DNA of 64,000 bases, taken from the NCBI GenBank assembly GCA_963782465.1, contig CAWAJR010000002.1:165995-229994 (forward strand), read 5' to 3'. Origin of the DNA: an uncultured Actinomycetes bacterium (GTDB lineage Bacteria; Actinomycetota; Acidimicrobiia; IMCC26256; PALSA-610). This document shows, one piece after another, positions 21,882-31,673 of the stretch (the stretch's first letter is position 1; each line of letters begins with the position of its first letter). Made by a program: the position numbers and the translations under genes. The notes below the pieces were generated by a model. The model was not told where the DNA came from. It saw only the letters and a list, made by a program, of their open reading frames with translations, and ran no database searches.

Positions 21882-23315
21882 ATGAGTCTCGCCGACCATC
21901 TTCGCGTCATCGCGACCAACTGGTGGCGCATTCTCATCATCGCCGCGGTATGCGGGGGCCTCACCTACTTCTACAGCCACGGCCAGCCCAAGTCGTACGA
22001 GAGCAGCACGCTGCTCAGCGTGGCGGGGACCCCCGGTACCAACGACGCGAACGTCCCTTCCGACGCCCTGCTCTTCCGGGCGCAGTACTACGCCGCCATC
22101 GCGAAGAGTTCGGGTGTTGCCGGCAAAGCGGCGAAGGCCGCCGGCCTGGCCATGACGGGCGACCAGGCCTCGTCGCACATCTCGACACTCACGAACTCGT
22201 CGTCGAACGGCCTCATCCTCCTGAAGGCGAGCGGGAAGACCCCCGTCGCCGCGCAGCGTCTGGCCGCGCAGAGTGCGGTGGCGCTGACGAACTACGTCAA
22301 GACGCAACAGGTCAATTCGCTGAAAGCGCAGCAACTCGTGTTGCAGCAACAACTCGACAACCTGAACACCCGGTTGGCCGCGACGAAGCAAGACAGCCCG
22401 GTGTACAACGCGCTGCTGAACTCCATCGTCTCCACGAACACGGCGTTGGTCCAGCTGGAGACCCAACCGCAGTTCTCCGTCATCACGGTCACGCCCGCAG
22501 GCCTCAGCACGTCGCCGGTCGCGCCGACGCCGTCGCGCGACGGCATGCTGGCGTTCTTGCTCGCCGGGATCATCGCCGCCGAGTCGTTCGTGATCATCCG
22601 GGCCTTCAGCGACCGATTCGCCCGGGCCCAGGACGCCGCGTCGATCACCGAGTTCACCGGCATGCCCGTGCTCGCCATGATCCCGCGCGGTCGAGGCCCC
22701 GACGTCGTCGAGGCGTTCCGCACGTTGCGCACCAACCTGCTGTTCCTCGAAGGCGCCGGGCGCCCGCGCACCGTTGCGATGGTCAGCCCGAACCCCGCGG
22801 CCGGGAAGTCGTTCTGCGCGATCCACCTCGCCGAGTCGGCCGTCGCCGTCGACGCCGAAGTCGTGCTCGTCGACGCCGACCTGCGCCGGCCCGTGATCCA
22901 CAGCCGGGTGCGTGTGCCGCGCGAGCCCGGCTTGAGCGACGCGCTGCGCGGCGGCGACCTGCACAACGCGATCCACTGCGTCGAAGGCATCCCCAACTTG
23001 AAGGTCATGCCGAGCGGTTCGCCGGTGAGCGACACCGTCGGCGTGCTCGGCGGGCGCGCCTTCCGCGGGATCCTCGACGCGCTCGAGACCGCGGAACTCG
23101 TCGTCGTCGACACACCGCCCGGTGCCGTCTACGCGGATGCGCTCGCGGTGTCGGCGCAGTGCGACGCGACGTTGCTGGTGCTCGACGCGAAGACCACCCG
23201 CCGGCACGCGGCGCGCCAGCTCATCGATTCGCTCGAACGCACCGGCGCGACGCTGATCGGTGTCGTCGTGAACAACGCGTCGATGAGCCGGCGCGACACC
23301 TACGAGCGGGGCTGA
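21882..23315 (+). CDS. Wzz-type chain-length determinant fused to a BY-kinase-like P-loop ATPase
   Basis: The N-terminus has a TM helix plus Wzz-like coiled coil. The C-terminus carries Walker A SPNPAAGKS, A' VLVDADLRRP and B VVVDTPP. There is no C-terminal Tyr cluster. Confidence 0.8.
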   Translation: MSLADHLRVIATNWWRILIIAAVCGGLTYFYSHGQPKSYESSTLLSVAGTPGTNDANVPSDALLFRAQYYAAIAKSSGVAGKAAKAAGLAMTGDQASSHISTLTNSSSNGLILLKASGKTPVAAQRLAAQSAVALTNYVKTQQVNSLKAQQLVLQQQLDNLNTRLAATKQDSPVYNALLNSIVSTNTALVQLETQPQFSVITVTPAGLSTSPVAPTPSRDGMLAFLLAGIIAAESFVIIRAFSDRFARAQDAASITEFTGMPVLAMIPRGRGPDVVEAFRTLRTNLLFLEGAGRPRTVAMVSPNPAAGKSFCAIHLAESAVAVDAEVVLVDADLRRPVIHSRVRVPREPGLSDALRGGDLHNAIHCVEGIPNLKVMPSGSPVSDTVGVLGGRAFRGILDALETAELVVVDTPPGAVYADALAVSAQCDATLLVLDAKTTRRHAARQLIDSLERTGATLIGVVVNNASMSRRDTYERG

Positions 23316-23316
23316 C

Positions 23317-24513
23317 GTGCCGCCCGCAGAGGGCCGCGCCGAGCCGCCCCCCAACGCTGCATCGCTGCGCGTCGCGATCGTGCACGAGCGCTTCACCGAA
23401 CTGGGTGGGTCCGAACGGGTCGTCGAACAGTTCCATCGCATCTGGCCCGACGCGCCGGTGTTCGTGCCGATCGCCGACCGCTCGGTACTGCCGCCCGGGC
23501 TGCGCGACGCCGAGATCCGTACGAGCGCCCTCCAGCACCTCTACCGGCGGGGCGACAAGTACGCACCACTGTTGCCGCTGCTCCCGCTCGCGATGGCGCA
23601 CTTCGATCTGTCGGGCTTCGATCTGGTCGTCACCGATCATCATGCGTTCGCGAACCGGGTCCGCCCACCCGGTACCACACCGGTGATCTCGAACACGCTC
23701 ACGCCCGCACGCTGGATGTGGGAACGATCGATGCGGAAGACCGAGGGCCTCGGCAGCCTGGCCCTCGGCGCGTTCGCGGCGACCCAACGCGGTCCCGACC
23801 GGCGCGCGGCCGACCGCCTGCGCGGCGTCATCGCGATCTCGCGCCATGTCGCCGACCGCGTGTCGCGCTGGTGGGGGCGCGGGTCGTGGGTCGTGTCGCC
23901 CCCCGTCGACACCACGTACCACCATCCCGACACGAACGTCGCCCGCGACGACTTCTTCCTGCTCGCCGGCAGGCTCGTGCCGTACAAGCGCCCCGACATC
24001 GCGGTCGCGGCCGCGAAGCGCGCCGGTGTCCGTCTCGTCGTCGCCGGCGAAGGTCGCGCCCGCGCCCAGATCGAGTCGCTCGCCGGTCCGGGCACCGAAT
24101 TCGTGGGCCGCGTCGACGACGAGACCCTGCGCGATCTCTACCGCCGCTGCCGCGCGCTGCTCTTCCCGGGCGAAGAAGACTTCGGGATCATTCCCGTCGA
24201 AGCCGAAGCCTGCGGTACCCCCGTGATCGCGCCCGCGCTCGGTGGCGTGCTCGACACGGTGGTCCCGGGGACGACGGGCGTGCTGTACGACCCCGCTCCC
24301 GACCCGGTCGAGACGATGGCCGCGGCGCTCCGTGCCTTCGACGACACCGCCTTCGACCGGCGCGCAATTCGGGCGCATGCCGAACGGTTTGCGCCTGAGA
24401 CATTTCGGGAACGGTTCGTAGCGGTTGTGGACGAGATCCTCGGGGGAGGCTCGCCACCGCTCGGCAATACGTTCGCTTCTCGGCCCTGCCGAGGTACTGA
24501 CAGCCCCGTGTAG
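23317..24513 (+). CDS. GT4 glycosyltransferase
   Basis: VAIVHERFTELGGSERV at the N-terminus and FPGEEDFGIIPVEAEACGTPVIA as the EX7E motif. Confidence 0.85.
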   Translation: MPPAEGRAEPPPNAASLRVAIVHERFTELGGSERVVEQFHRIWPDAPVFVPIADRSVLPPGLRDAEIRTSALQHLYRRGDKYAPLLPLLPLAMAHFDLSGFDLVVTDHHAFANRVRPPGTTPVISNTLTPARWMWERSMRKTEGLGSLALGAFAATQRGPDRRAADRLRGVIAISRHVADRVSRWWGRGSWVVSPPVDTTYHHPDTNVARDDFFLLAGRLVPYKRPDIAVAAAKRAGVRLVVAGEGRARAQIESLAGPGTEFVGRVDDETLRDLYRRCRALLFPGEEDFGIIPVEAEACGTPVIAPALGGVLDTVVPGTTGVLYDPAPDPVETMAAALRAFDDTAFDRRAIRAHAERFAPETFRERFVAVVDEILGGGSPPLGNTFASRPCRGTDSPV

Positions 24514-24623
24514 CCTCCTCGCTGCGCTACGCGCGCAACGAACCCGCACCGCGCGGGGAGCCGGCGCTCCCTGCGACACCGGAGGATCGTCAATCATCGA
24601 CGTCAGCGCGATCGGTCCGCGAA

Positions 24624-25620
24624 GTGAGCAGTCACTCGATGCGCCAGCGCGTGCTCATCGTGGCGATTGCTCCCCTCGGCGCGCGGCCGGCACTGGAACG
24701 CACGGCGGCCGCCGTCGCGGCCGCCGGCTGGGAGACATCGATCGCCGCGCCGGCCCGCAGCGCGATCGCGGGTTCGAGCTGGTACCCACTCACCGGCTCC
24801 GTGCGGTCCGCGGTCAAACGGGTCCGGCGCCTGGCCGCGCAGGCGGACTTGGTCGTCGTCGACCCCGACGGGCTCCGTATCGCGCAGCGCGCGCAGTTGC
24901 GCGCCCCACTCGTGCTCATCGTCGACGAGGAACTGCTCGGTTCACGAGCTCGCGCACTGCACAACGCCCGCATCGATCTCGCGGTCGCAACGTCTGAGTC
25001 CGCCGCCGAACCGGTGCGGTGGCGCGGCATCGAGACCGTGGTAATGCCGGCCCCGATCGCGCCCGGCTTCGATCGCGCATCGAAGGCGCCGCGCAATGTC
25101 GTCGGTTGCGCCACCCGTTTCGACGTCGCCGCGGGTCTCGACGTGTTGCTCGAGGCGTTCGCCGCCCTGCCACGAACCGACCTTTGCCTGGAAGTCGTGA
25201 ACATCGACGGCGACGACGACGACCGCGTCGCGGCAACGCTGCGGGCGCGCGCCGCGCGTCCCGATCTCGACGGGCGCGTACGCATCGTCGAACGTGGCGA
25301 CGACCTGCGCGGTTTGATGCGCGAATGGCGCGTCGCCGTAACCGCGAACGTCGGCGCCCAGCACCACACCGGCGCGCTGCGAGACGCGATCGAGCTCGGT
25401 GTGCCCGTCGTCGCGACGAACCGAGGCGCGAACGCGGAGGTGGTCGGGAACACCGGCCTGCTCGTACGGGCGGGCCGGGTCGAGGAACTCACCGGCGCGA
25501 TCGCCGCCGCCCTCGAAGCCGAACCACCCCAGGATGCGATCGCCGCCCGCACGGCGTCCCCGGCAGGATCCCAACCGGCCGACCTCGTCGGGTTGCTCGG
25601 CGAGGTCGCGGAACGCGGGG
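24624..25620 (+). CDS. GT4-like module with a degenerate catalytic motif; reads without a stop into the next GT4 module
   Basis: It has a GT-B-like layout, but the EX7E position reads AQHHTGALRDAIELGVPVVAT. No stop codon in this frame separates it from the following GT4 module, so the 3' boundary is nominal. Confidence 0.5.
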
Positions 25621-26797
25621 TGCGCCGCAGGGCCGGGACGATCGTGTTCGTCGTCCCCGACTTCGAGCCGACACTGGGTGGCACCACCCGCCAGACCCAC
25701 AATCAGGCGAGCGAACTGCGCGCCCGTGGGTACGACGTCCTCGTCCTCACCCAGCGGCTCGAGCTCCACTGGCCCCGGTCCGAGCGCCGCAACGGCCTGC
25801 CCTTGCGGAGGGTGGGGCCGTCGGGGCGCACCTTCTTGCGCATGAAGTTGTTGGTGCTCTCGGTCGCACGGTGGTTGCGGCGCCACCGCGACCACATCGC
25901 GGTCGTCAACGTGATCATGTACCCCGACTTCGTCGTCAGCGCGGCCCTGGCCGGCCTCGCCGACCGCACCGTGATGTGCTGGGCGGGCCTGGGCGACGCG
26001 ACCGACACCGTCGGCACCTCGGCCCGCTGCGCGCACCGCTGCGGGCGATCCGACGCCGTGCCCTTTCGAACGCCGCGCAGGTCGCGCTCACACCGGCGCT
26101 GCGCGAAGAGCTCGACCGGCTCCATCTCGGCCGCGACGTGAGTGTGATCCCCACGCCGGTCGACATCGACGAGTTCACGCCCCCCACGCCGGACCAACGG
26201 GCGGCGGCTCGCCGCACGATCGGGGTGCGCGACGAGGAACTCGTCATCGCGTACACCGGACATCTGCGGGCGCTGAAACGGGTCGAACGCCTGGTAGAGG
26301 CATTCGAGCGGCTGGTCACGTCGGGGCGCCCGGCACGGCTGCTACTCGTCGGGAGCAGCCGCGAAGACCTCGTCGACAGTCCGAGCGTCCTGCGGGAGCA
26401 CCTCGGTCGGGTCGAGGTACGCGACCGCATCATCATCACGGGCGCGGTCGCCGACGTGCAGCCGTACCTCCATGCTGCCGACGTGTTCGTGCTCCCGTCC
26501 GACCGCGAAGGGCTCTCCAACAGCGTGCTCGAAGCGCTCGCCAGCGGCGTGCCTGTCATCGCGCCACCCAGTGCGGCCGGCGACCAGGTCCTCGACGAGA
26601 CGTGCGGGATCGTCCCCGAGTCGAACGACCCGGCGCATCTCTACACGGCCCTGGTCACGCTCGCCGACGACCCGGCCCACCGGGCGAGCCTCGCCGCGGG
26701 GGCTCGACGGGCGGCGGAGCGTTTTGCCCTGGCTCGGGTGGTCAACGAGTACGAAGCCCTGTATTTGCGACTTCAGTGGCGGACGGCCGTCCAATGA
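25621..26797 (+). CDS. GT4 glycosyltransferase; frame broken by a 1-nt indel near 26019-26024 in this sequence
   Basis: The N-terminal part TIVFVVPDFEPTLGGTTRQTHNQASELRARGYDV is in the 24624 frame. The C-terminal part ...LSNAAQVALTPALREEL...PSDREGLSNSVLEALASGVPVIA is in the 25019 frame. One extra G restores continuity. Confidence 0.7.
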
Positions 26798-26948
26798 CCG
26801 GCCGAGTGACGTATGTGCCGGGGGTCATTGTCGGTCGAGGCTCAGATCGTGGCCCGGACCGACCGATATGCCAAGCAGGGGACGAGCCCTTGCGCTCGTC
26901 TGATGCCTTGATGACAATGTTCACCCTCCGTGATTTGCGGCCTGCACC

Positions 26949-28460
26949 GTGACTGACGCCCGACCTGACACACCCATGGTCGAACGCGACTCGCTCGCGC
27001 GTCGTGCCACGCGCCGTCGCGCCCGCGACGGGCTGACGGTCGTCCCGCTCGGGCCGATCCCGCCGGTCGAGCGGGAACGGGCAAGGGAGGTGTCGGGCGC
27101 GCTCGTCATCGTCGGCGACGTCGCCGCGCTGGCGATCGGGGTGCTCGCTTCCCGCCATTTCAGTACTGCGCACGTCGTCTACGCGCTCGTCGCGATCATC
27201 TCGCTCGCCGCGTCCGCGGCCTACCGCCTCCGTATCAGCCTGAGCGCGCTCGACGAGGCACCCCGTTTCGCCATTGCCCTTTCCGTCGCCCTCCTCGTCG
27301 TCGCGCCGTTCGCGCACGGCCCCGGGCCGGTGTTGGCGCAGGCCGTCATCTCGCTCATCGCGCTCGTGCTCGTGCGCGCCGTGATGTACGGCGCGATCCG
27401 TCGCGCCCGCCGCAACGGGCTCACCGAACGCACGCTGATCGCCGGCACCGGCCATGTCGGCATCGAGTTGGCCCACGTGCTCGCGGCCCACACCGAGTAC
27501 GGCCTCGACGTCGTCGGGTTCGTCGGTGCGCCGTTCCCGAACCTGCCCGGGCCTCTCCTCGCCGATGTCGCCCATCTCGAAGACGTCATCACCGAGTTCG
27601 GCATCCGCCGGGTGCTCGTCGCGTTCGGGCCGACACGCGAATCCGAACTGGTCGGCGTGCTCCGCACCGCGGTGCTCCGCGACGTCGAGGTGCACGTCGT
27701 GCCCCGCTTCTTCGAAGTCGGTGTCGCACCCCGCGGCCCCGACGTCGACGATCTCTGGGGCATCCCGGTGTACCGGGTCCGCCAGGCCGCGCTGCGCGCC
27801 GGCGCGTGGCGCTTCAAGCGCGCGCTCGACGTGACGGTCGCGTCGCTGATGCTGGTCGTGACGGCGCCGATCATGGCGGTCGCGGCCATCTTGGTGAAGG
27901 CGAGCGGCCCGGGCCCCATCCTGTTCCGGCAGCGGCGGATCGGGCAGCACGGTTCCGAATTCGAGGTGCTGAAGTTCCGCACGCTGCCGGTCGACTACAG
28001 CGCCGGCGCGGCTTGGAACGCGTGGGACGTCGAGTACAGCAACCCGATCGGGCGCTGGTTACGGCGGCTCAGCATCGACGAACTGCCGCAACTCTGGAAC
28101 ATCTTGCGGGGCGACATGAGCCTCGTCGGGCCGCGCCCGGAGCTCGGCCACTTCGTCGAGCAGTTCAGCCAGAGCGTCTACGGCTACACCGACCGCCACC
28201 GGCTGCCGGTCGGGCTCACCGGCTGGGCGCAGATCCACGGCCTGCGAGGCGCGACGTCGCTGCGCGAACGCGCCCGTTTCGACAACCAGTACATCGAGCA
28301 CTGGTCGTTGTGGCGCGACATCGTGATCCTCATTCGCACCGGGGGCGTCTTCTTCCGGGAACCACACCCCGATGCCCCGGCCGAGCCGGTGCTGCGTACG
28401 GCGGCGCGGAGCGACGACGAACCCGTCCACGAGCACGGGCACGAGGCAGCCGACTCGTAG
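26949..28460 (+). CDS. Polyprenyl-phosphate hexose-1-phosphate transferase (WbaP/bacterial sugar transferase family)
   Basis: N-terminal TM helices are followed by the C-terminal FKRALDV...LFRQRRIG..G..F.VLKFRT...DELPQLWNILRGDMSLVGPRPE motif. Confidence 0.9.
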   Translation: MTDARPDTPMVERDSLARRATRRRARDGLTVVPLGPIPPVERERAREVSGALVIVGDVAALAIGVLASRHFSTAHVVYALVAIISLAASAAYRLRISLSALDEAPRFAIALSVALLVVAPFAHGPGPVLAQAVISLIALVLVRAVMYGAIRRARRNGLTERTLIAGTGHVGIELAHVLAAHTEYGLDVVGFVGAPFPNLPGPLLADVAHLEDVITEFGIRRVLVAFGPTRESELVGVLRTAVLRDVEVHVVPRFFEVGVAPRGPDVDDLWGIPVYRVRQAALRAGAWRFKRALDVTVASLMLVVTAPIMAVAAILVKASGPGPILFRQRRIGQHGSEFEVLKFRTLPVDYSAGAAWNAWDVEYSNPIGRWLRRLSIDELPQLWNILRGDMSLVGPRPELGHFVEQFSQSVYGYTDRHRLPVGLTGWAQIHGLRGATSLRERARFDNQYIEHWSLWRDIVILIRTGGVFFREPHPDAPAEPVLRTAARSDDEPVHEHGHEAADS

Positions 28461-28490
28461 GAGGCCTCACAACCCGGCGGCGACACGAAC

Positions 28491-28516
28491 GAACGGCGGG
28501 CCGAAGCCCGCCGTTC
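28491..28516 (+). terminator. Stem-loop (11-bp stem, CGAA loop) followed by a G/T-rich tract
   Basis: The sequence gaacggcgggc-cgaa-gcccgccgttc lies 30 nt after the WbaP-like stop and is followed by aaacgtgttgtgtgtg. Confidence 0.55.
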
Positions 28517-28589
28517 AAACGTGTTGTGTGTGCTGTCGGCAGTGCTTGCTGACCGGCCCTGCGTCCCGGTCGTAGCGATAATCGGACGC

Positions 28590-28901
28590 TCAGACCTCGA
28601 CGTGACGCCGACGGCCGGAGCGAGCGAGCACGGTGCCGCCCACCACCGCGCCGAAGCCGATGATGGCGAGACCCGCCACGTCACCACCGGTGAACGGCAG
28701 CGACTCCCCGCTGGTGTTCGCCCCTGCGGAACCGGTCTGGCTCGAACCGGGGCCGCCTTGCGCGCTCTGGTTCCCCGAACAAGTACCCGTTCCGTAATCG
28801 CACGACTGTGCCATCGCAGCGCCGGGAAGCATCACCGCCGCGGCAATGCCACCCGCCGTCAGCAGGCGCAATGCCTTGACGCCAATACCACATTTGCCCA
28901 T
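28590..28901 (-). CDS. Small secreted Gly/Ser-rich protein with an LPFTG sortase sorting signal
   Basis: The signal peptide is MGKCGIGVKALRLLTAGGIAAAVMLPGAAMA. The mature part is roughly 45 aa and contains a CDYGTGTC loop. It ends with LPFTG, a hydrophobic helix and RSGRRRH. Confidence 0.7.
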   Translation of the reverse strand: MGKCGIGVKALRLLTAGGIAAAVMLPGAAMAQSCDYGTGTCSGNQSAQGGPGSSQTGSAGANTSGESLPFTGGDVAGLAIIGFGAVVGGTVLARSGRRRHVEV

Positions 28902-29030
28902 TGCTGGCCTCCCGAAACTGTTTCTGCCACGGAGTGTAGCCGCCATAGTGCGTAACTACAAGCAGCTGCGGCCAAAGGTCACGTTCCTCGGCCGAATTTA
29001 CCACGCAGAGTGATATCCACAACCTGTGGG

Positions 29031-30916
29031 TCACCACGCCACGCTGTGCGGCGCGTCATCGGTCCAGCGTGTCGACCCGTACCCCCATTCGACAGCCGGC
29101 ATACGAGCGGACGGAGTGACTGCCAATGTCTGGTCGCCGCGGGGGAGGCTGAAATGCACCGTTGCCTGGTACGTCTGGCCGCGCCGCACCTCGAAATAGG
29201 CCGCGACGACGTAATTCCCCTGGTCCGGGCCCACGGCCGCGAGCGTGAGGCGTTTGCCGGTCACATCGGTGATGAAGAGGTTGCGCGCCAGCGACGGGAG
29301 TTCGGCGACGAGCAGGCCCTGGTACTTGCCTTCCTCGCTGCCGATGGCGTCGGGATAGGGCCCCGCCACGTACTCGGGGAGCCCGGTCGGCGCGACGTTG
29401 TGCATCTTCATCTCGACGGTCACGGCCGTGCCGGAGCCGCGCTTGGTGGTGTGCAGGGTCGCGTTCACGTTGATGAACTGGTCGAGCTTGTTGCCGCCGC
29501 GGTTGTGCAACCCCACGAGGAGCGAGTTGCGACCGAGGGCCCCGCGACGCCGGCCGCCTTCCAACCCCGTTGCTCGACCGGGTCGCTTGACCAGCCGAGC
29601 ACATGGCGGCCGTCGGCCGCGCCTCGCAACGCATCGACCAGCGACGCGACCTCGAACTGGCCCTGCAGATTGTCGATCGCGGCCCGGGCGATGGCACTCA
29701 GCCGGTCGCGCCGCTGAACCTGGGTGGGGTACCCGACGATCCCGGCGTACTGGTAGAGGTAGATCTCCTGGAGGACGTTCGCCGGCCCGTACTGCTTGCC
29801 GTCGACGACGACCGGGTGCGTCGCCTGGATCAGGGCGCGTAACGCGACCGGGTCGAGCGTGAGCACCCCGTCGACCTTGGGTTGCCCGGCGGCGGCCCAC
29901 ATCTTCTGGGCCAGCGCCGCCTGGGTCGGGAAGATGGGTGAGGACGCGAGGTTCCGCCACTCCTGGGTCGGTTCCAACCAACCCCACCGTTTGGCGAAGT
30001 CGCCGGTGACCGGGACCGCACCCTGCGGGAGGCTGAAGTCTTCCGTGGGGGTCATCGGGCCGAGGGTGAACGAGCCGTCGTCGACCTGGAGCCTCCCCAC
30101 CGACAGGAACGTTCCCGACCCGATGCGCATCTCGTTGTTGTTGGCCGCGAACACGAGGTAGCTGCTCGGGCCGCGGAGGAACTTGGCCAGGCCCTGCGAC
30201 GCCTCGGCACTGCGCTGCGTCGCGCTGGCCAGCTTGTCGAGTTCCTTGGAGAAGCGGGCGCGGGCCGTTCGCAGCGGCCCGATCAGGGCGTTGTCGGGCC
30301 CGAGGCTCACCGCGGTGATCCGTTGGTGGGCCTGGGCGGCGATCCGGCCGAGCCGGTCGACGAGCACCACCCGCCCGTGGCCCTGAGGCTGCACGCGGCG
30401 CAGCTGGCCGCGGGCGAGCGAGATGGCATCGACGCCCGCGTCGACGACCTTCGCGGCGGCGCCGGTCATGGCGTCGACCGATCGCACCTGGCGGCCGATC
30501 ACCGGGAGCACCCGCAACGGGGCGACGAGCGGCGACCGCACCGAATGCCGGGCACTCGCGAAGTCGTCCTCGGCGGCCTGCAACAGGCCGATGCCCTGGC
30601 CTTTCACCAGGCCGGTCGGGCTCAACACGTCGCGTGCCTTCTGCAGCCGGTCGATACCGGCCTGCGTGCGCTGGCGGGCATGGTTCAGCGCCACTGCCGT
30701 GAACCCGGCCCAGGCGCCGATCACGACGAGTACCCCGACCACCCAGGGCCAACGCCGGCGGCGGGGCCTGGGGGAACGCCCCGGCCCTCGGGCAGGTCGC
30801 CGCCCGGACCGGCGCGAGGGCGGCGCGGAGGTGGGCGTCATCGGAGCGTCATCGTAGGGAGGGTCTCCCCCCTGATCGGCGGCACGTGGCTCGCCGGGTG
30901 GTGAAGCAGTGCTCAT
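29031..30916 (-). CDS. DUF4012-like membrane-anchored protein; frame broken by a 1-nt indel at the C4 run 29540-29543
   Basis: ORF 29465..30916 has an N-terminal TM helix and a long extracytoplasmic domain. ORF 29031.. encodes the C-terminus ...LGRNSLLVGLHNRGGNKLDQFINV.... The two join if one C is added. The family call comes from memory of motif content only. Confidence 0.6.
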
Positions 30917-30959
30917 CGGCTGGTCATTGGTTGTCGTTGCCCTCTCGTACGCTCACCCG

Positions 30960-31673
30960 GTGGCCGTTGCCCCGACCGACGACTTCGTCAAGATCACCCC
31001 TCGGCATCTTCGCCAGGCAGACGAGATGTGCCGGCGGCGTCTCGCGCTCGACCTCGCCTCCCAGAAGGGCAACCCGCCCGGCGGGGCGCGCTTCGAGGTC
31101 CCGAACCGCATCGCGGCCGACGCCCGCCTGGCCCACACCGACTTCGCTCCTCCCGACCCGCGGGCCTTCGTCACCCCGAAAGACCTGCTCCCCGAGCAGC
31201 AACGCGTGTACTCGGCCGCGGTTGGCGGGTATCTCGCCCTCTTCGGGGAGATCGCGGCCCGCGCGATCGAAACGTCGTTCGACACCGCGCTCCCCGAACT
31301 CGAGGTACGGCTGGTGGGCGATCTCGGCGTGGCCCTCGAGGTCGACGGCGGGTTCGAGGTGCGCGTTCTGCGGGTCGGCGATCGAGGTCATGCCCGTTCG
31401 CTCCTCGACGACGTCGACTTGCGCTTCATCGCGCTGCGTTCGGCGCCGTTCGCCGCCGGCGCGCCGCTGCGAGTCGTCGTCGCCGAGCTGCTGAACCTGT
31501 CGACCGCGTCGTTCGACATCGACCTCGACGAACGGTTGCCCGAAGCGACCGGCTGGGTCACGGCCCGCGTCGCGACCATCCGGGCGACCGCCGACCCCGA
31601 CGTGCCCCGGCCGGGCATCGACTGCCTGGGCTGCCGGTTCGTGAACGGCTGCCGCGCGCATCGCGACGGCTGA
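30960..31673 (+). CDS. Cas4/RecB-like 4-Cys protein that appears to lack the nuclease catalytic residues
   Basis: There is an N-terminal ITPRHLRQADEMC and a C-terminal CLGCRFVNGC (C...CxxCx5C pattern), but I could not find a D..(D/E)xK motif. The track ORF starts at 30909 and overlaps the divergent gene, so the GTG at 30960 is preferred. The start is uncertain. Confidence 0.4.
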   Translation: MAVAPTDDFVKITPRHLRQADEMCRRRLALDLASQKGNPPGGARFEVPNRIAADARLAHTDFAPPDPRAFVTPKDLLPEQQRVYSAAVGGYLALFGEIAARAIETSFDTALPELEVRLVGDLGVALEVDGGFEVRVLRVGDRGHARSLLDDVDLRFIALRSAPFAAGAPLRVVVAELLNLSTASFDIDLDERLPEATGWVTARVATIRATADPDVPRPGIDCLGCRFVNGCRAHRDG

